Assembly (NCBI GenBank): GCA_036172245.1
Contig: JAYWIR010000006.1
Location: forward strand, 2,232,001 to 2,296,000
From: Raillietiella orientalis
Taxonomy: Eukaryota
Direction: 5' to 3'
Length of the DNA: 64,000 nucleotides
This document shows positions 12,701 to 24,700 of the stretch, in pieces (position 1 is the stretch's first letter; each line of letters begins with the position of its first letter). Below the pieces are notes generated by a model that searched no databases, was not told the DNA's origin, and saw nothing but the letters and a program-made list of their open reading frames with translations. Position numbers and translations under genes: made by a program.

Positions 12701-15700
12701 AAAGGAAGCCGAATTCCCTGCTGGCTTAACGAGGACGAGGGGGTCGCGCTTCCGGGTCCTCCTTTCCGCAACCCTCCCTCCGGTTCTCGCCACCTGAGTT
12801 GCAAGAGGTGGGGAAGGGTGGTGGTCCCTTCCCCTCCCCTTGCAAAGAAGGAAGTCTTTCGCTGCCGGAAAGGCTACGGTCCGCCTTTTCCCCTTCCCGC
12901 TGCTGCATCCCGAAGGCGCTCACGGCTACGGGAAAGATGCGCGTGCTCCGGGCGACCGTAGTTAGCGCTCGTCGTCGTCGTCGTCGTCGTCGTGAAAGGC
13001 ACTGTCGATGCCGCCCTGCAGCGGTGGTGCGCGGTCCAGAGTTCCCCCCCTTCCAGGGCTGCGTTCGCACACCTTAGACCGCAGAAGAAAGGAGGAAGGG
13101 GGGGGGGGTGAGGGGGGGAAATGCCCTGACCTGAGGTAACTCCTCATCTGCTTTCAGAGTTCTCCACGTCTCAGTGCCGCCAGAATGTGGAGCTGGTCAA
13201 CGTGTTCGACCGCATGTGCTACGCTTTTCACACCAGAGGCGCGTCCTTCCAGGAAGCGGACGAGCGCTGCCGCGACCTCGGGGGACTGCTGCTGCAGCCC
13301 CTCTCCGCAGCGACCAACCGGTTCATCCTCTCAGAGCTGGAGCGGCTGCCGGCGAAGTTCCCAGCGTCCATGTTCTGGATCGGTGCCAAGAGGGAGCCGC
13401 AGTTCCACTCGCGTACCTGGAGGTGGCTGGACGGTGAGCGGAATAGGGGCGCCATAGCGCAGGGTGGCAAGGGAGACGCGAGATCCACCCCTCCCTGAGA
13501 GCGATGGATCTCGTGTCTCGGGGAATGAAAGCTCTACCGGTCCGCAGAGACATCCCTCTTTTCTCCCGTCCATCGTGTCGTGACGGCGGCGGAACCTCTG
13601 AAGGTGATGCCTAGGGAGGCAAGTCCCGGAATCTCTTCCTTCTCCCGATCTTTCCCCCTCCGCCTTCCTCTTCCATTCCCCTCTCTGTCTCCATCTAGCG
13701 GCCCCTGTAAGAGTGCTCGTCGCTTTGGAGGCTCGCCGCGAGATGGCGCAGGCGTCTGGGTTCGCTCAGGACCTCTGCCTTCCCCTGTGGCGAACAACGC
13801 TGCACCAGGAAGGAAAGAGTGTGTCTCCCCCCCCCCCCCCCCCCAAGGAGGACGAAGAGTTCGAGGTAGACAACGGCTTTTTTCAGGCGACATCGTCAGC
13901 AAACCCGCCTGGGGCAAGGACCAGCCCAACAACTACAACGGAGAGCAGAACTGCGTGGTCCTCGACGGCGCCCGTGGCTGGCTCTGGAACGACGTAGGAT
14001 GCCACCTGGACTACCTCTTCTTCGTCTGCCAATACCGTAAGGAGGGGGAGAGGAGAAGGATGAACGAGGGACGAAACGCCTGGGAGTGGCGGGCGGGACT
14101 GCTACGACGCCCTTTTCCTGGCCTGCCGAACGCGCGCGCGCGGCTCCTCAGCTGCCCGGCGGGTCATGGGAGTGCTTCCTCCCCGGAACACTCCTCCGTC
14201 CAGCCCTTTCCTCGGAGAGAAAGCTGCTCCCTTCGAGGGGGGTGCCTCTGGCGCCGGGGAGGGCTGAGCCCTCCCGTCGCAGATTCTTCCCGCCCCAGAA
14301 CGGCAGCGCTCGCGTTCGCGACGAGGGCGACCCCCGCCTCACGCCGCCACAAGCCAAGGTTGAAGGGGGGAGGGGATCCGAACTCTCGGTGGCGTCGTCG
14401 AGGCGCTCTCCATCTCTACGGCTGCAGACGTGCTGAAATCCCCCTTTGACAGGGTGCAAACGCGGTCGGTGGGGTCGCGAAGGGAAGGAGGGGGGGAGCA
14501 GGCGGCGGTTCCCGCGCGACCTCGCACGGCAGACCATGCGCCTGCCGCGGGCGCGAGTCGCCCGCCATGATGCGTATCCACAGAACGCGGCTCCTCTCCC
14601 TCCTCCGTTCCGCAGACGCTCTCCCGTGCTGGGACGGAGTGATGATGCTCGACCGTGTGCTCGTGTCGGGGCGGCTCATTGGGGGGGGGGAGGCGTTTCC
14701 GGGCGACCCGAGCGCTACTGGCGCGACGGGAAATCAGTGGCAGATGTGGCGCCACCTCCTTGTTGCCCTGATGACGCCGCGCTATAATCCTGCATATATC
14801 AGATGCTTCCAGATGCGTTAATTAAAGGTGGCGCCCTGATTCTCTGATACGCCCTTACGCTCCCAGCAGCAGGTCCATGCTCGGGCAGCTTTATAAATAG
14901 AACACTCACCAGAATGCCTGGTAGCTGTACGCGACCTGTGCACCTTATCAGGATTGTACGTTTTCCACTTTATAGTACAGGTGGGCCGCACGCGTCGGCA
15001 CGGTCTCGGACGTGCGCTCCCCTGGACATGTCTCATGCAAGCGTCGACACGCCCCCAGGGAGTGCGTTTCGCAGCGTTCATGGTTGCTAGGCGACGTGGG
15101 TTGGATCGATTCGATACGGGAGGGTACGTGCGCAAGGCGTACACGCCTTCCTGCCGCGGGACGGAGAGGCGTCCCGCGCCTCTCCACCCGGGCATTCAGG
15201 AGAGGGGGAGCAGTGGGTTCGCACTTCTCGGAGCGCCACGTGCTCCGCGAGGCGCGGCGCTTCGAAATGGCAGCTGCAATCGGAGAGGCGCCATGTGGAA
15301 GGCAAGTTCCGGAAAGCAGGATAAGGCATCTCCGGAGGCGACGAAACCTCCGTTCGTAGAGGTCATCCCCTGCATCCTCCGGGATGCGCACAGGGACAGA
15401 TTCCAAGCGGGTCACCGTTCGGCGGCCGTGGCTCCCGGAAAAAAAGAACATCGGAAGAATCCATTCGTCTCTTCGAGACACAAAACACCAAACGGGGGCC
15501 AACAGGCGTCGGTTGGGTCCGCCAGCTGCCGAGGGTTCAATTCATGTGTGTTCGCCATGTGCACTTGGTGCATCTACACGTACACATCCGTATCGGTCAT
15601 GGGTCCGCCTCTGCGTGAAGCTGGAAAACGAGCAGAGGACAGATTGCGTCTGTCGCCAGGTTGCAACGTTCTCATTACCGCACCCCAGTGCCTCGACAAC

Positions 15701-18700
15701 TGATCCGTGCTTCCGCGCATCCACGTGGCCGAGCCACCACAGAGCATGTGGAAAGAGAGAACCGATCCGAGATCTTAAAGATGGGGAGGTTGCTGGCGCC
15801 GACGGAAGCAGCACCCCATCTCCCGGTTGCAGAATACCGGGAGGGCAGTTTAAAATGATCCCGGAAAGTTTCGCGACTGGATTTTCCGGGAACTCGCTCG
15901 CTTCCTTCCGGGAATCATGCCCCGATCGACTGGATCGACCTCACGAGTTCTTCATCTTCTCGAGCCACTCTCGGCTGCGTTGTTCGCCCGGAGGTTCTGT
16001 CCGAGGTGGAGGCGCAGCATTCACACGTTGAGGAACCCACAGGAGTTGCAGGCGGTTCCCTGGAGTCACAAATCCCTGGACCGTGGAGGCGTAATGAAAG
16101 AAGGCTCAACGGAGAACGAGTTCCCTGTTCCCCCCACTGGTCGGTCATCCCCCTTTTCCGGCCCTGTCTCCGGCGGCCCAAGCCGAAACCGCTGGATGGA
16201 TGGCCTGCAGGGGGGCAACGCCACCCACCGACTTCGCCACGCGGCGGCGGAGACCCGGCGCAACTTTCCAGTCCGGATGCGACGACGCCTTTTTCCAGCA
16301 AGCCGCGGCGGATCTGCCTCTGGGGTGATTTGTCTCCAGGCGTGACCCGAGGTGACGTCCTGCCGAGACGCGCGCGATCCCGCCACTCCCGTCCCAACCT
16401 TGAACGTCCGTTGCCTGCCGAGTCCGGTACCGCATCCGCCGGCCGCCGTACTGCGAGCGTCCCTCCCTGCGGGGGAATCGGCGGCAATTCGTTGCGTGCC
16501 GCGGCCGCCGGCTTGGCGCAGCGAGCGCCGCCCGTCCGGGCGACCCGACCGACCCCTGCGCCTGCCTGGCTGGCTGGCTGCCCTGCTCGAAGGAGGACCT
16601 CGCACGACGACGACGGGGAGGGAACGGCGCCGCCGACGTCCTCCTGGCGCGCTGTCCCCTCCCCCATCCCCCGAACGCACGCATCGCGGCGAAGGCGTGG
16701 GGAAGGGGGAAAGGATCGGTGGGTTCGCCTCCGCCCCGGGCAGCGTCGGCAGGCTGCCAGAAGTCGTGCGCGCACACGAATCCGTCTGAAGGAATGAATG
16801 CTGATGCGGGATAACGGACGATGGCGGCGCCGAGCTCCTTTTCGCTCGTTTCTTGCCGTGGGGCCGGTCGCAGCGAGGACGCGGACGGCGGCAGCGGGGA
16901 GAGGGGAGCGAGGGAAGACGAGGAGTGGGGGGGAGGTGGCGGCCCACCGACCTGCGCGCACGCCCGTGGCTGGAGCGGCGAGTGCGGTCGGTGGACGCGT
17001 GGCCACCGCGGAGTGCCGCGGTCGCGGTCGCGGAAGCCGTGCGGCTGCAGCCGGCCGGTCGTCTGGGGGAACAGCTGAGGCTGTTTTGCCGACGCCGGCG
17101 GGCGGTGATTGGTGAGCGATGCGCGCGCGCCCTTCCAGATCCCGTCCAAGTCGTCTTGGGGGTGCCGAGTTGTTCCGCGGCCGTCCATTGTTCTCACTCT
17201 CCCGCGTCCCTCTTTCTCGGAGTGCGTCCATTCGTGCTCCGAACGAGGCTTCCTGTTTTCTCCTGTCGCTCGAAAGGGGGGAGGAAAACAGGAGCGGGCC
17301 CGGGAAGCGAACGCTGCGGATGGCGGCAATCCATGACTTTCTCCCCCGTTCGAAGCATTCGTAGAAAGGAAAGGTTCCCTCGACGTGGCGTTGGTCAGGG
17401 TGAGAATGTGCTGCATCTGCATCGGTCTCCAAGGTTGAGAGAGTCTTTCACCTCAATCGAGGTGCCCTCTCGGTCGAAAAAAAAAGAAAAAAAAAAGGAA
17501 CGGAACATGGGCACGATTCCTCTCCCCGTCTCACGATGAGTAGAACCGCAAATCCGTATGACTCCCTGGTGGCATCACCAGAGGGCTGGTTGAGGGGCGG
17601 CATCCCCAAGTAGTGCACCGAGCTAGGCAACTGCCTGCTGGGCTGGCCGTCTCCAATCCCGGTCTACTCCACGTCCGGAACCTCTCCCAGCAACGAGAGT
17701 CCACGTGCGTTATGATCGCTCTCCCGCGTTCCTTCCCCTCCCGAAAGCTCTGGCTGGTGGCGGTGAGCCATCAGCCAGCCCGACGCGGAAGTGGAGCAGC
17801 TTCCCCTGAGCCGTAGCGAAAACGCGCCCAGATTCGCATCGAGCCAAAGATGCCATCCCGGCATTGCGGTCGCACTGAGATTGTATCGTGGTCAAATGCT
17901 TCCCGGAACGGATGGAAGGGGGTCACGCGTTCCCGGGACGAATCAGAGCGAGGTGCGCATCGACCGAGAAGGGGACTACCTTCCTGGTATCTTGGGAACT
18001 CTTCTGGAGGAGGGATGCATGGAAGAAGAATTCTCTGCTTTTGATCTCCTTTGCCTTCTTAGGGTGCTTCGGGTACGCACATCCCGGAAATAGGTCAACT
18101 ATTCTACTGTGCATCCCGGTGTGCCCAGAGTGAGGGTGGCAGGAGAGGCATCTAGAGGAATGTTTCGAAACCGGGATTCGCTTGCGGAGACGGAAGAGGT
18201 TGAACTGCCATCTCGCCGCCGTCGGCGCTTGTCAGGCCCACAATGCCATGCCACGGGGCATTCATCCCCCTCCTCCGCCCCTGAGGTCTGGGATCGCGAC
18301 GGAGGAGCAGCCCCGGCCGGGATGCAGCAGCCGCCACCGGTTGTTTCCCACCGGGATGAGCTCCCTCCCCCCTTCCGGACCGACGGACTTTGCCTTTCCG
18401 CCTGCACGTTCTTGCAGGCTGTGCCTCGGTCACGCTGAGTCTGCCGTCTCTGTCCGAAGGGCGCTCGCGCGCGAGCCGATGCACGCAAAGGGAACGCTGC
18501 CAGCACCGCGCGCGGCTAGAGGAGAAAGTTGCTCCAGGGTAACGATGGTTTCCCTGGAGACGGGCTGTTTTTCCTTTCGTTCTTCGAACGGGCTAGTCTT
18601 CTGGGTTGGAAGAGGGGAAACTTCCGAGCTTGGTCGCGGTGGGTGGGTGGAAATGGAAAGAACGCGAACGGGCACCTGCAACGGCCGTCGTGAGCGACGC

Positions 18701-21700
18701 ACAAGTCGCCTTCCGTGATCAGAAAACACAAACAAAAAAAATGAGCTGTTTTTTTGAGGGTGATTCGGTCGCTCCTGGGACCAACGACTTGCGGTCATGC
18801 CTCATCGGCAACGCTGGGCACCGATGAGGCAGGCATTCCAGGCTGGGTCCCGAAGAGGAACGAGGGGAAAGGGGGGGGGGCACGCATTTCTTTCCGGCGA
18901 GGGGCAAGGCGCTCTCTGAGGCCTGCCTTCTGCCTTGTCCCTCGACGCTGTTTCTGCACGCTTCAGACCTCCCCCACATCGGCGTGTGACCGACGTCGGG
19001 CTCGCCGGCGCCCGAGGCGCCGCATGAGCATCAGAGAGCCGCTTCCAGCCCCATTCCAGTTCCCCGTCCGCCGCGCGGCCTGCTTAAGACGACGCCGATG
19101 CTAGAGGGAGAGGTTGCGAAAGCTACGAGGAAGGGACGTTTGTGGACACTCTTAGACACCTCGTCCGCGACACGCCTTGTATTCACAATGAGTTCTCCGG
19201 CCTTGCACGCTGAAGAGTAAAAAGCAGAGTCGAGAGATTCTATGGAGATTGAAACCAGCAGCCCTGTTCTTCCGCTGGTGCTCGCACGCGTGTGCGGTGG
19301 GGGAACATCTCGTAGCGCAGCCGACCTGATTTTGCGTGAGCTTCCTTCCCCGAGAGTGGACTTTGCTTTTGCGGGCACTAGATGTCGCTAGCAAAACGTC
19401 GGAAGTTCCCTGCACGCTTGTTAGATGGCGCGGCAGGCCGCGTTTTCCGTCTTCCCGCTCTCACGGGAGGCGCGCAGACGGGCGGCTCCTTCCAAAGATC
19501 GGTTCGTACGGGCGAAACGAGGGAGAGACTCTCGGCCGTGGAAGAGGCCGCCCACTACTGTGGTGCGGGCGATCGCGCCCGCGGTTGCCACGGAGGCGCG
19601 CAGAGTTCCAGAGCCGCGCGGCCTCCGCCCGCGCGCGTGCGAGTCTCCGCGTGCGTTTCCGCTGTAGGTCAGGAAGAAGAAGCTGCACAACTTCCGCGTC
19701 GGGCGAGCCGGTGGAGTTCGCGGCCTGCTTTCGGGGCGGGAAGTAACGCGGGCGGGCGGGCGGGCGATCCCACGCATGTCGGTCCGCGTCGCTGGAAGAC
19801 GTTCCGGCGTGAATCTCGGAGCAACGAAAGTGATAAAACCACCCAGGGAAAAAAAGAAAAGAAAACTTGCACGCACGCACGCACGAAAAAGAAAGAAAGA
19901 AAAAAGCACATCCCTCGCCACGCATCGGGGTTTTCGGAATCACGAAGTGTAACAGCCTGTGGCCGAAGCTTGCGGTCGGCTGGGGACGGCGGCGAGAAAG
20001 AGGCTCGCGGGCATGCATGCATGCTGGCCGAGGGAGCGTGTGGGGTCGGCTGGGGCAACAGACGGCACCTCGACGAGCCTCCTGGCTCGCCGTGGTGGTA
20101 AGCAGCCGAACCGGCATGCCGGAAGGGGGATGGCGTCGCCCGCACAACGCGCGTCATCCCCTGCTCGGAACGGAAGGGTTCGAGCAAGCCGGCGTCCAGA
20201 AGTGGGCGAAGGAGCCGGATGGCAAGGACGAGACGCGGTGCGATGGAGATCGTGGGAAGAGGTGGCAGCAGGCGTCCTAGTAAATCGAGGAGCACCGATC
20301 ATCTCTCCCGTTTGGAGGGAAAGGGGAAAACGATGCGAACGCCGGGAGCCATCAGCGCGTCCGTTGCTCTTTCTCCGAGTCGCGATTCTGCAGCTCCCAG
20401 GGAAGAGTCCACCAAATCCTTTGGAAAACCCGCGCGCGATCCGGTGCGCACCTCTGCCAAGCCCTCCCTCCCCATTGCCATGGCAGCTACCTGGCGACCT
20501 CGCTACTCTTTTCGATAAGGAAGCGCGCGAGCGCGGACGGTCTTTCCTGCAGGAAGGTCCTCTTCCGTTAGGGACAGAAACTTTTCGACGAGCAGATTTT
20601 CGAATGCCTCGAGGCGTCCTACCTGGCAGTGACGCGTGTCGGGATTATCGGCAAATTTACGCGTAAGACGGGAGCGATAGTCTCAGGGCGGCACTCGAGG
20701 GGCGCGGCGCGCAGAAGTCCTTGTCTCTAACAAGTTTCCAGGTGCTTGGGCATCCAGGTGCCAGCAGATGCAGGAGGCGAGGAGGCGCGCTGGGGACCGC
20801 GTACCGCATTCATCTTCTGACGCATCGGAATCGCCTCGAGCGCTCTCTTGGCCAGACGGCGGAGCGGCACCTCCGTGGGGAGGAAGCGCCTGTTTCTGGG
20901 AGACTTTCGCGGATCACACGACGTCCCTCCCAGCTGAGTGGGGCGTTGCTGGTGATCTTTTCGCGGAAGCGTACCTTCCCTACTTGTTCTATCACACGCC
21001 CTTTCGAGCTTTCCTTCAGCTTCCGCCGTCCAAGGCGATGCCTCGGAAGACGTCAATCCAAAACGGGACCGACTCCGGTGAGAAACTCTCGAAAGCTTCG
21101 TTCCCTTGAAAGCTGCTCTGCAGCATCCTGAGTTTCCGTGATCTGCCCCGCAGTGATTCGCTGCCATTTCTTTCGGTGAGAGGCGTTCAATCCGAAAGCT
21201 GTGCAGGAGAATCTTGGTCGTTCCAGAGCATGAAATCTGCACCCGGATCATCGAGAATTTCCCAGAGATTACGAGCGCGATTATCCCACGAACAGACAAG
21301 ATTTTTAATCGTTCACCAATGAATAGTCAGGGTGGTCTCTCCGTGCTCCTTCGGTTTGCAGCTAAGAGAGGAATGCGAGCATCGGGTGTCGAGAGGGGCC
21401 TCGAAGTTCCCGCCATGGCTCTGAGATGGCGGGGCAGGCCGCCTTCTCTGGCCTTGCTTTGTTGGGCTGAGCACGCAAAGCGCTCCTTTGGAAAAATGGT
21501 CACCTGCATTCCGGCTCATGCGTAGAGTCGTCGAACCTTTCGAGGAATGCGCAGACACGCTCTTCTTGGAGCCAACCGTCGCCTTTCGGTGAGTCACTAG
21601 AGGGTGCGTCCTCATCCTCGGAAGTCCGTTCCTGCGGGAACCGGAGGCGTGCACGAGAGATTCGCGCTTCCGTAAAGAAAAGAACCGACGGCGCTCTTGG

Positions 21701-24700
21701 AATCCCGGACGAGGACGTTGGGCAACTACCCGATTCCCTTGAGTCTTTCAAACCCCTCCCCCCCTCCAAGATCCACCTTGACTACCTTCACTTTCCGTAG
21801 AGGCTTTACCGGAAGCCGCCGCCTTGGCTGGATGACCCCAAGCCAAAACGAGAAAAATCCTCGGAGCGCGTCTCTCGGACTAAAGTGCAGAGGGCCGCGA
21901 TGGGATTCCTCCGAGACAGGAGTGCTCCTCCCTCGTCATGCGGTCCTCGCGCTGTGCGGCTGCTCGGCAACGGCTCTCTCTTCTTCCTACGATCACCACC
22001 CCTCTGCTCGCTCTACCGCAGTCCACCCACCCCAGTAGCGTGCGCCAAGCGATCAACGACGAGATCGCCGGACCTTCCGCTAACGGAAGCGGCGCCTGAG
22101 GCAAATAAGGAGCAGTTACGCGCCGGTGTTGGTGTTCGGTCCAGAAGCATCCGTCTCCCCGTCTCCCCGTGGTTCACCACCCTCCGGGAATGCAAGAGTC
22201 CTCTTCGCATTCCCGGAACGATAAGGGGAACCGCGGATGCGGGAGGGGCTTCCCTCCCTTCACCCCTCCCCACCCCTTTCTCCCTTGATGCCGATCCAGC
22301 GGTCCAGGAGTCGCGGCTGCAACGGGGAATGCGGAATCCGACACTTCAGTGCGCGACGGCTGCAGAGGCGAGCGGGACGGAAACGCGCAATCCTCCCGCC
22401 CATCCCTTTCCTCCCGTTTTTTTTCCCTCGCTGCCTCTCTCCACTTTCCCCTCTCCCGAGGAATTTCCGCGGGAGGAGGAGGGAGCAGTCGCCTCCTCCT
22501 CCTTCAAGGAACAAAGGAGCTAAGAGGATTATCCCTGCTTTCGCTAAGAGAACCAGCAGGCCCCTGGGGTTTTCCGACGGAAGGAGAGCGTCGTCGTAGT
22601 CCAGATCGGGGGAAAGGTGCGCCTACGGGAACAGCTCTCCCACCTCCTGGGCTGAAGAACTCTCTTTCCTGTCGCAGGGAGGTTAAGAGGAAGGAGGGTT
22701 TTCCCTCTCCTCCTCCAGGGAGCTGTTGTCCGTCTCCAGGAGAGGGTGTGGTACCTGGAAAGCTTCCCGGAGAACGAAAGACGAACGAGCTTCTCATCCG
22801 GGGAAGAGGAGGAAAGGGAGGAGGACTCCGTCTCCGACCTTGTCAGAAGGGGAGCGGAGGGTTTCTCAGGGAGTGCAGGAGCCCCTGACTTCCGCGGGGT
22901 CCGGTCCCGAGGGAAAACAAACGATGTTCGTCCGCTTTCCTCTTTCCTCCTTTCCAGGAGTACAGAGGCAGAGAGGCGGAGGGGTTGACCGGACAAGAGG
23001 CCGGGCCATCGCGAGCTCCAGGCGACAGGGAAGGAAGCATAGAGGTTCCTGGTTCTTCCGTTAGAGCGCGAAGCGTCTTCGCTCCGACCGACTGCTGACG
23101 TCAGGGCTCGGCGTGTCCCTTCGGCGAGTGCTCTCTGGAGTGGGTACGCCCATACCCTTGCCCATACCCTGCACTGCATCGGACGCGCTGTTTCTCTCTT
23201 TCCTCCCCTCTCCTCCTCCCCTTCTTCCCCATCTCCCGTTCTCTCCCTGCCTCCCTCTCCTTTTGTTTCTTTTTTTTTTTTTTGGGCCCGTCGGTTCGGA
23301 GCTCGTAGACGGGGTGGCTGTCTCTGCTTCCGGGATCGTCCGTCCTATCTCAAAAAAGTCGGTCCGGGACGACGAGGCGATCATGCTCGAGTCATCTCCG
23401 TTTGGAAGGCGGTCCAGGCGAACCACGGAGGAGAGGATGGGGAGCGCATCCTTTCAATTTCCGATCTTCCACCTCGGCTAACGGCAAGATCGTCCTGCCA
23501 AATGTTCTCGAATAAAACAGGGGGACGCATCCATGGGGCGTTCCGAAACAGGGAGGAGCACGAGGCGCGCACCGTGACAGGTCACGAAAGCGTGAGAACC
23601 TTCCCTCCTGACGAAATCTTCTCTGCAGTCCCCGAATTTTTCGATAAAACGCTTCCCAGGTCACAGCCGCAGCACAGGAAATAGGTCAGAGGAGGCTGCG
23701 AGCGAATTTGGCGTCTTCGCCGCGGAGACGCTCGCGCGAACGCACGCATTGCGTACACATATACACCGAGCGAACCCTCAGGTGTACGGCTCTCTGGTAC
23801 ACAAAGCAAATATTGACACACGCGCGCGAAAGAATTTTCGGGTGCGCAATTTTCATTTCCCCCCCCCCCTGGTGCACCGAAAGCGGATCAGCAAGTGTGC
23901 TTCAGAGCCACGTGCTTGGATGCTGCGTTGGCCGGCACGCTCGGCGAAGAGATGCTCTTCTCGAGCATGGCTGTGAAAACGGACAGCGCCGTCGCAGGCT
24001 GCCTGTTAGATCAATCAAAAACCGGTGTACTTATCCGTGTTGGGCACGATTAGCCCGAAGGGCTTACCCCCTTCTTAATTGCCGCAGCAGCAGAATTTCA
24101 TGCAACTCATCGTGGTGTTGACAAATAAGGATTGTTCCCTGTGCACCGCCTCATTGTTCGTCAATCAATGCACTGAATGTGTTTGTCTTCGGCGCGCAGC
24201 GTGAGCGGCCAGCAATGCTCCAGGCGCGTCCACCTGCCCGGGCTCGGGAGCTGCCGCTCGAGGCAGGAGGAGAGGCCTTAGCAACGGACGTGTCGTCGTC
24301 GCCGTGCGTGTCGTTTGAGAGCGCGTTCCTTCGCGAATGCGTGCAAAAGGGTGCGTTCCAGGGAACGCGCGGCAGATTTTCCCTCTTCCTTCCCGCACCC
24401 ATCCCCCCCCCCCGGGAGAAGTGGAGGGAAGCGAGCGTGCCGCTCCTCGCCGGCGTGGTGGCGCAACCCCCGACGAACGCAGCAGAGTGAGACGTCGGTT
24501 CGCCGCTTCGGTTCCCCCGAAGCCGCCGCCGCTTGGTCTTCCGCTCGCGCTCTTCCGGATTCCTCAGGGCGACAAACGCCCGAAGCGTTCTTTCAGTGCC
24601 GGAAGACCCCGCGGGCCCCAGCCTGCGACGGGAAGCGACGTGGGGGAAAGGCGAGGAGGGGGGAGGGGGGCGTCGGTTGGTTGTTCCTCGATGTGGGTGC

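Noticed and set aside
12433..12729. Coding-looking peptides (e.g. LSFLKETDVKKYLELSRQ) in intron 6
   Set aside because: No recognisable family or convincing splice sites, and exons 6 and 7 join cleanly without it
14037..23516. Secreted lectin-head isoform via intron 8 read-through and AATAAA at 23511
   Set aside because: Only a hexamer 9 kb into the intron; no terminal exon evidence
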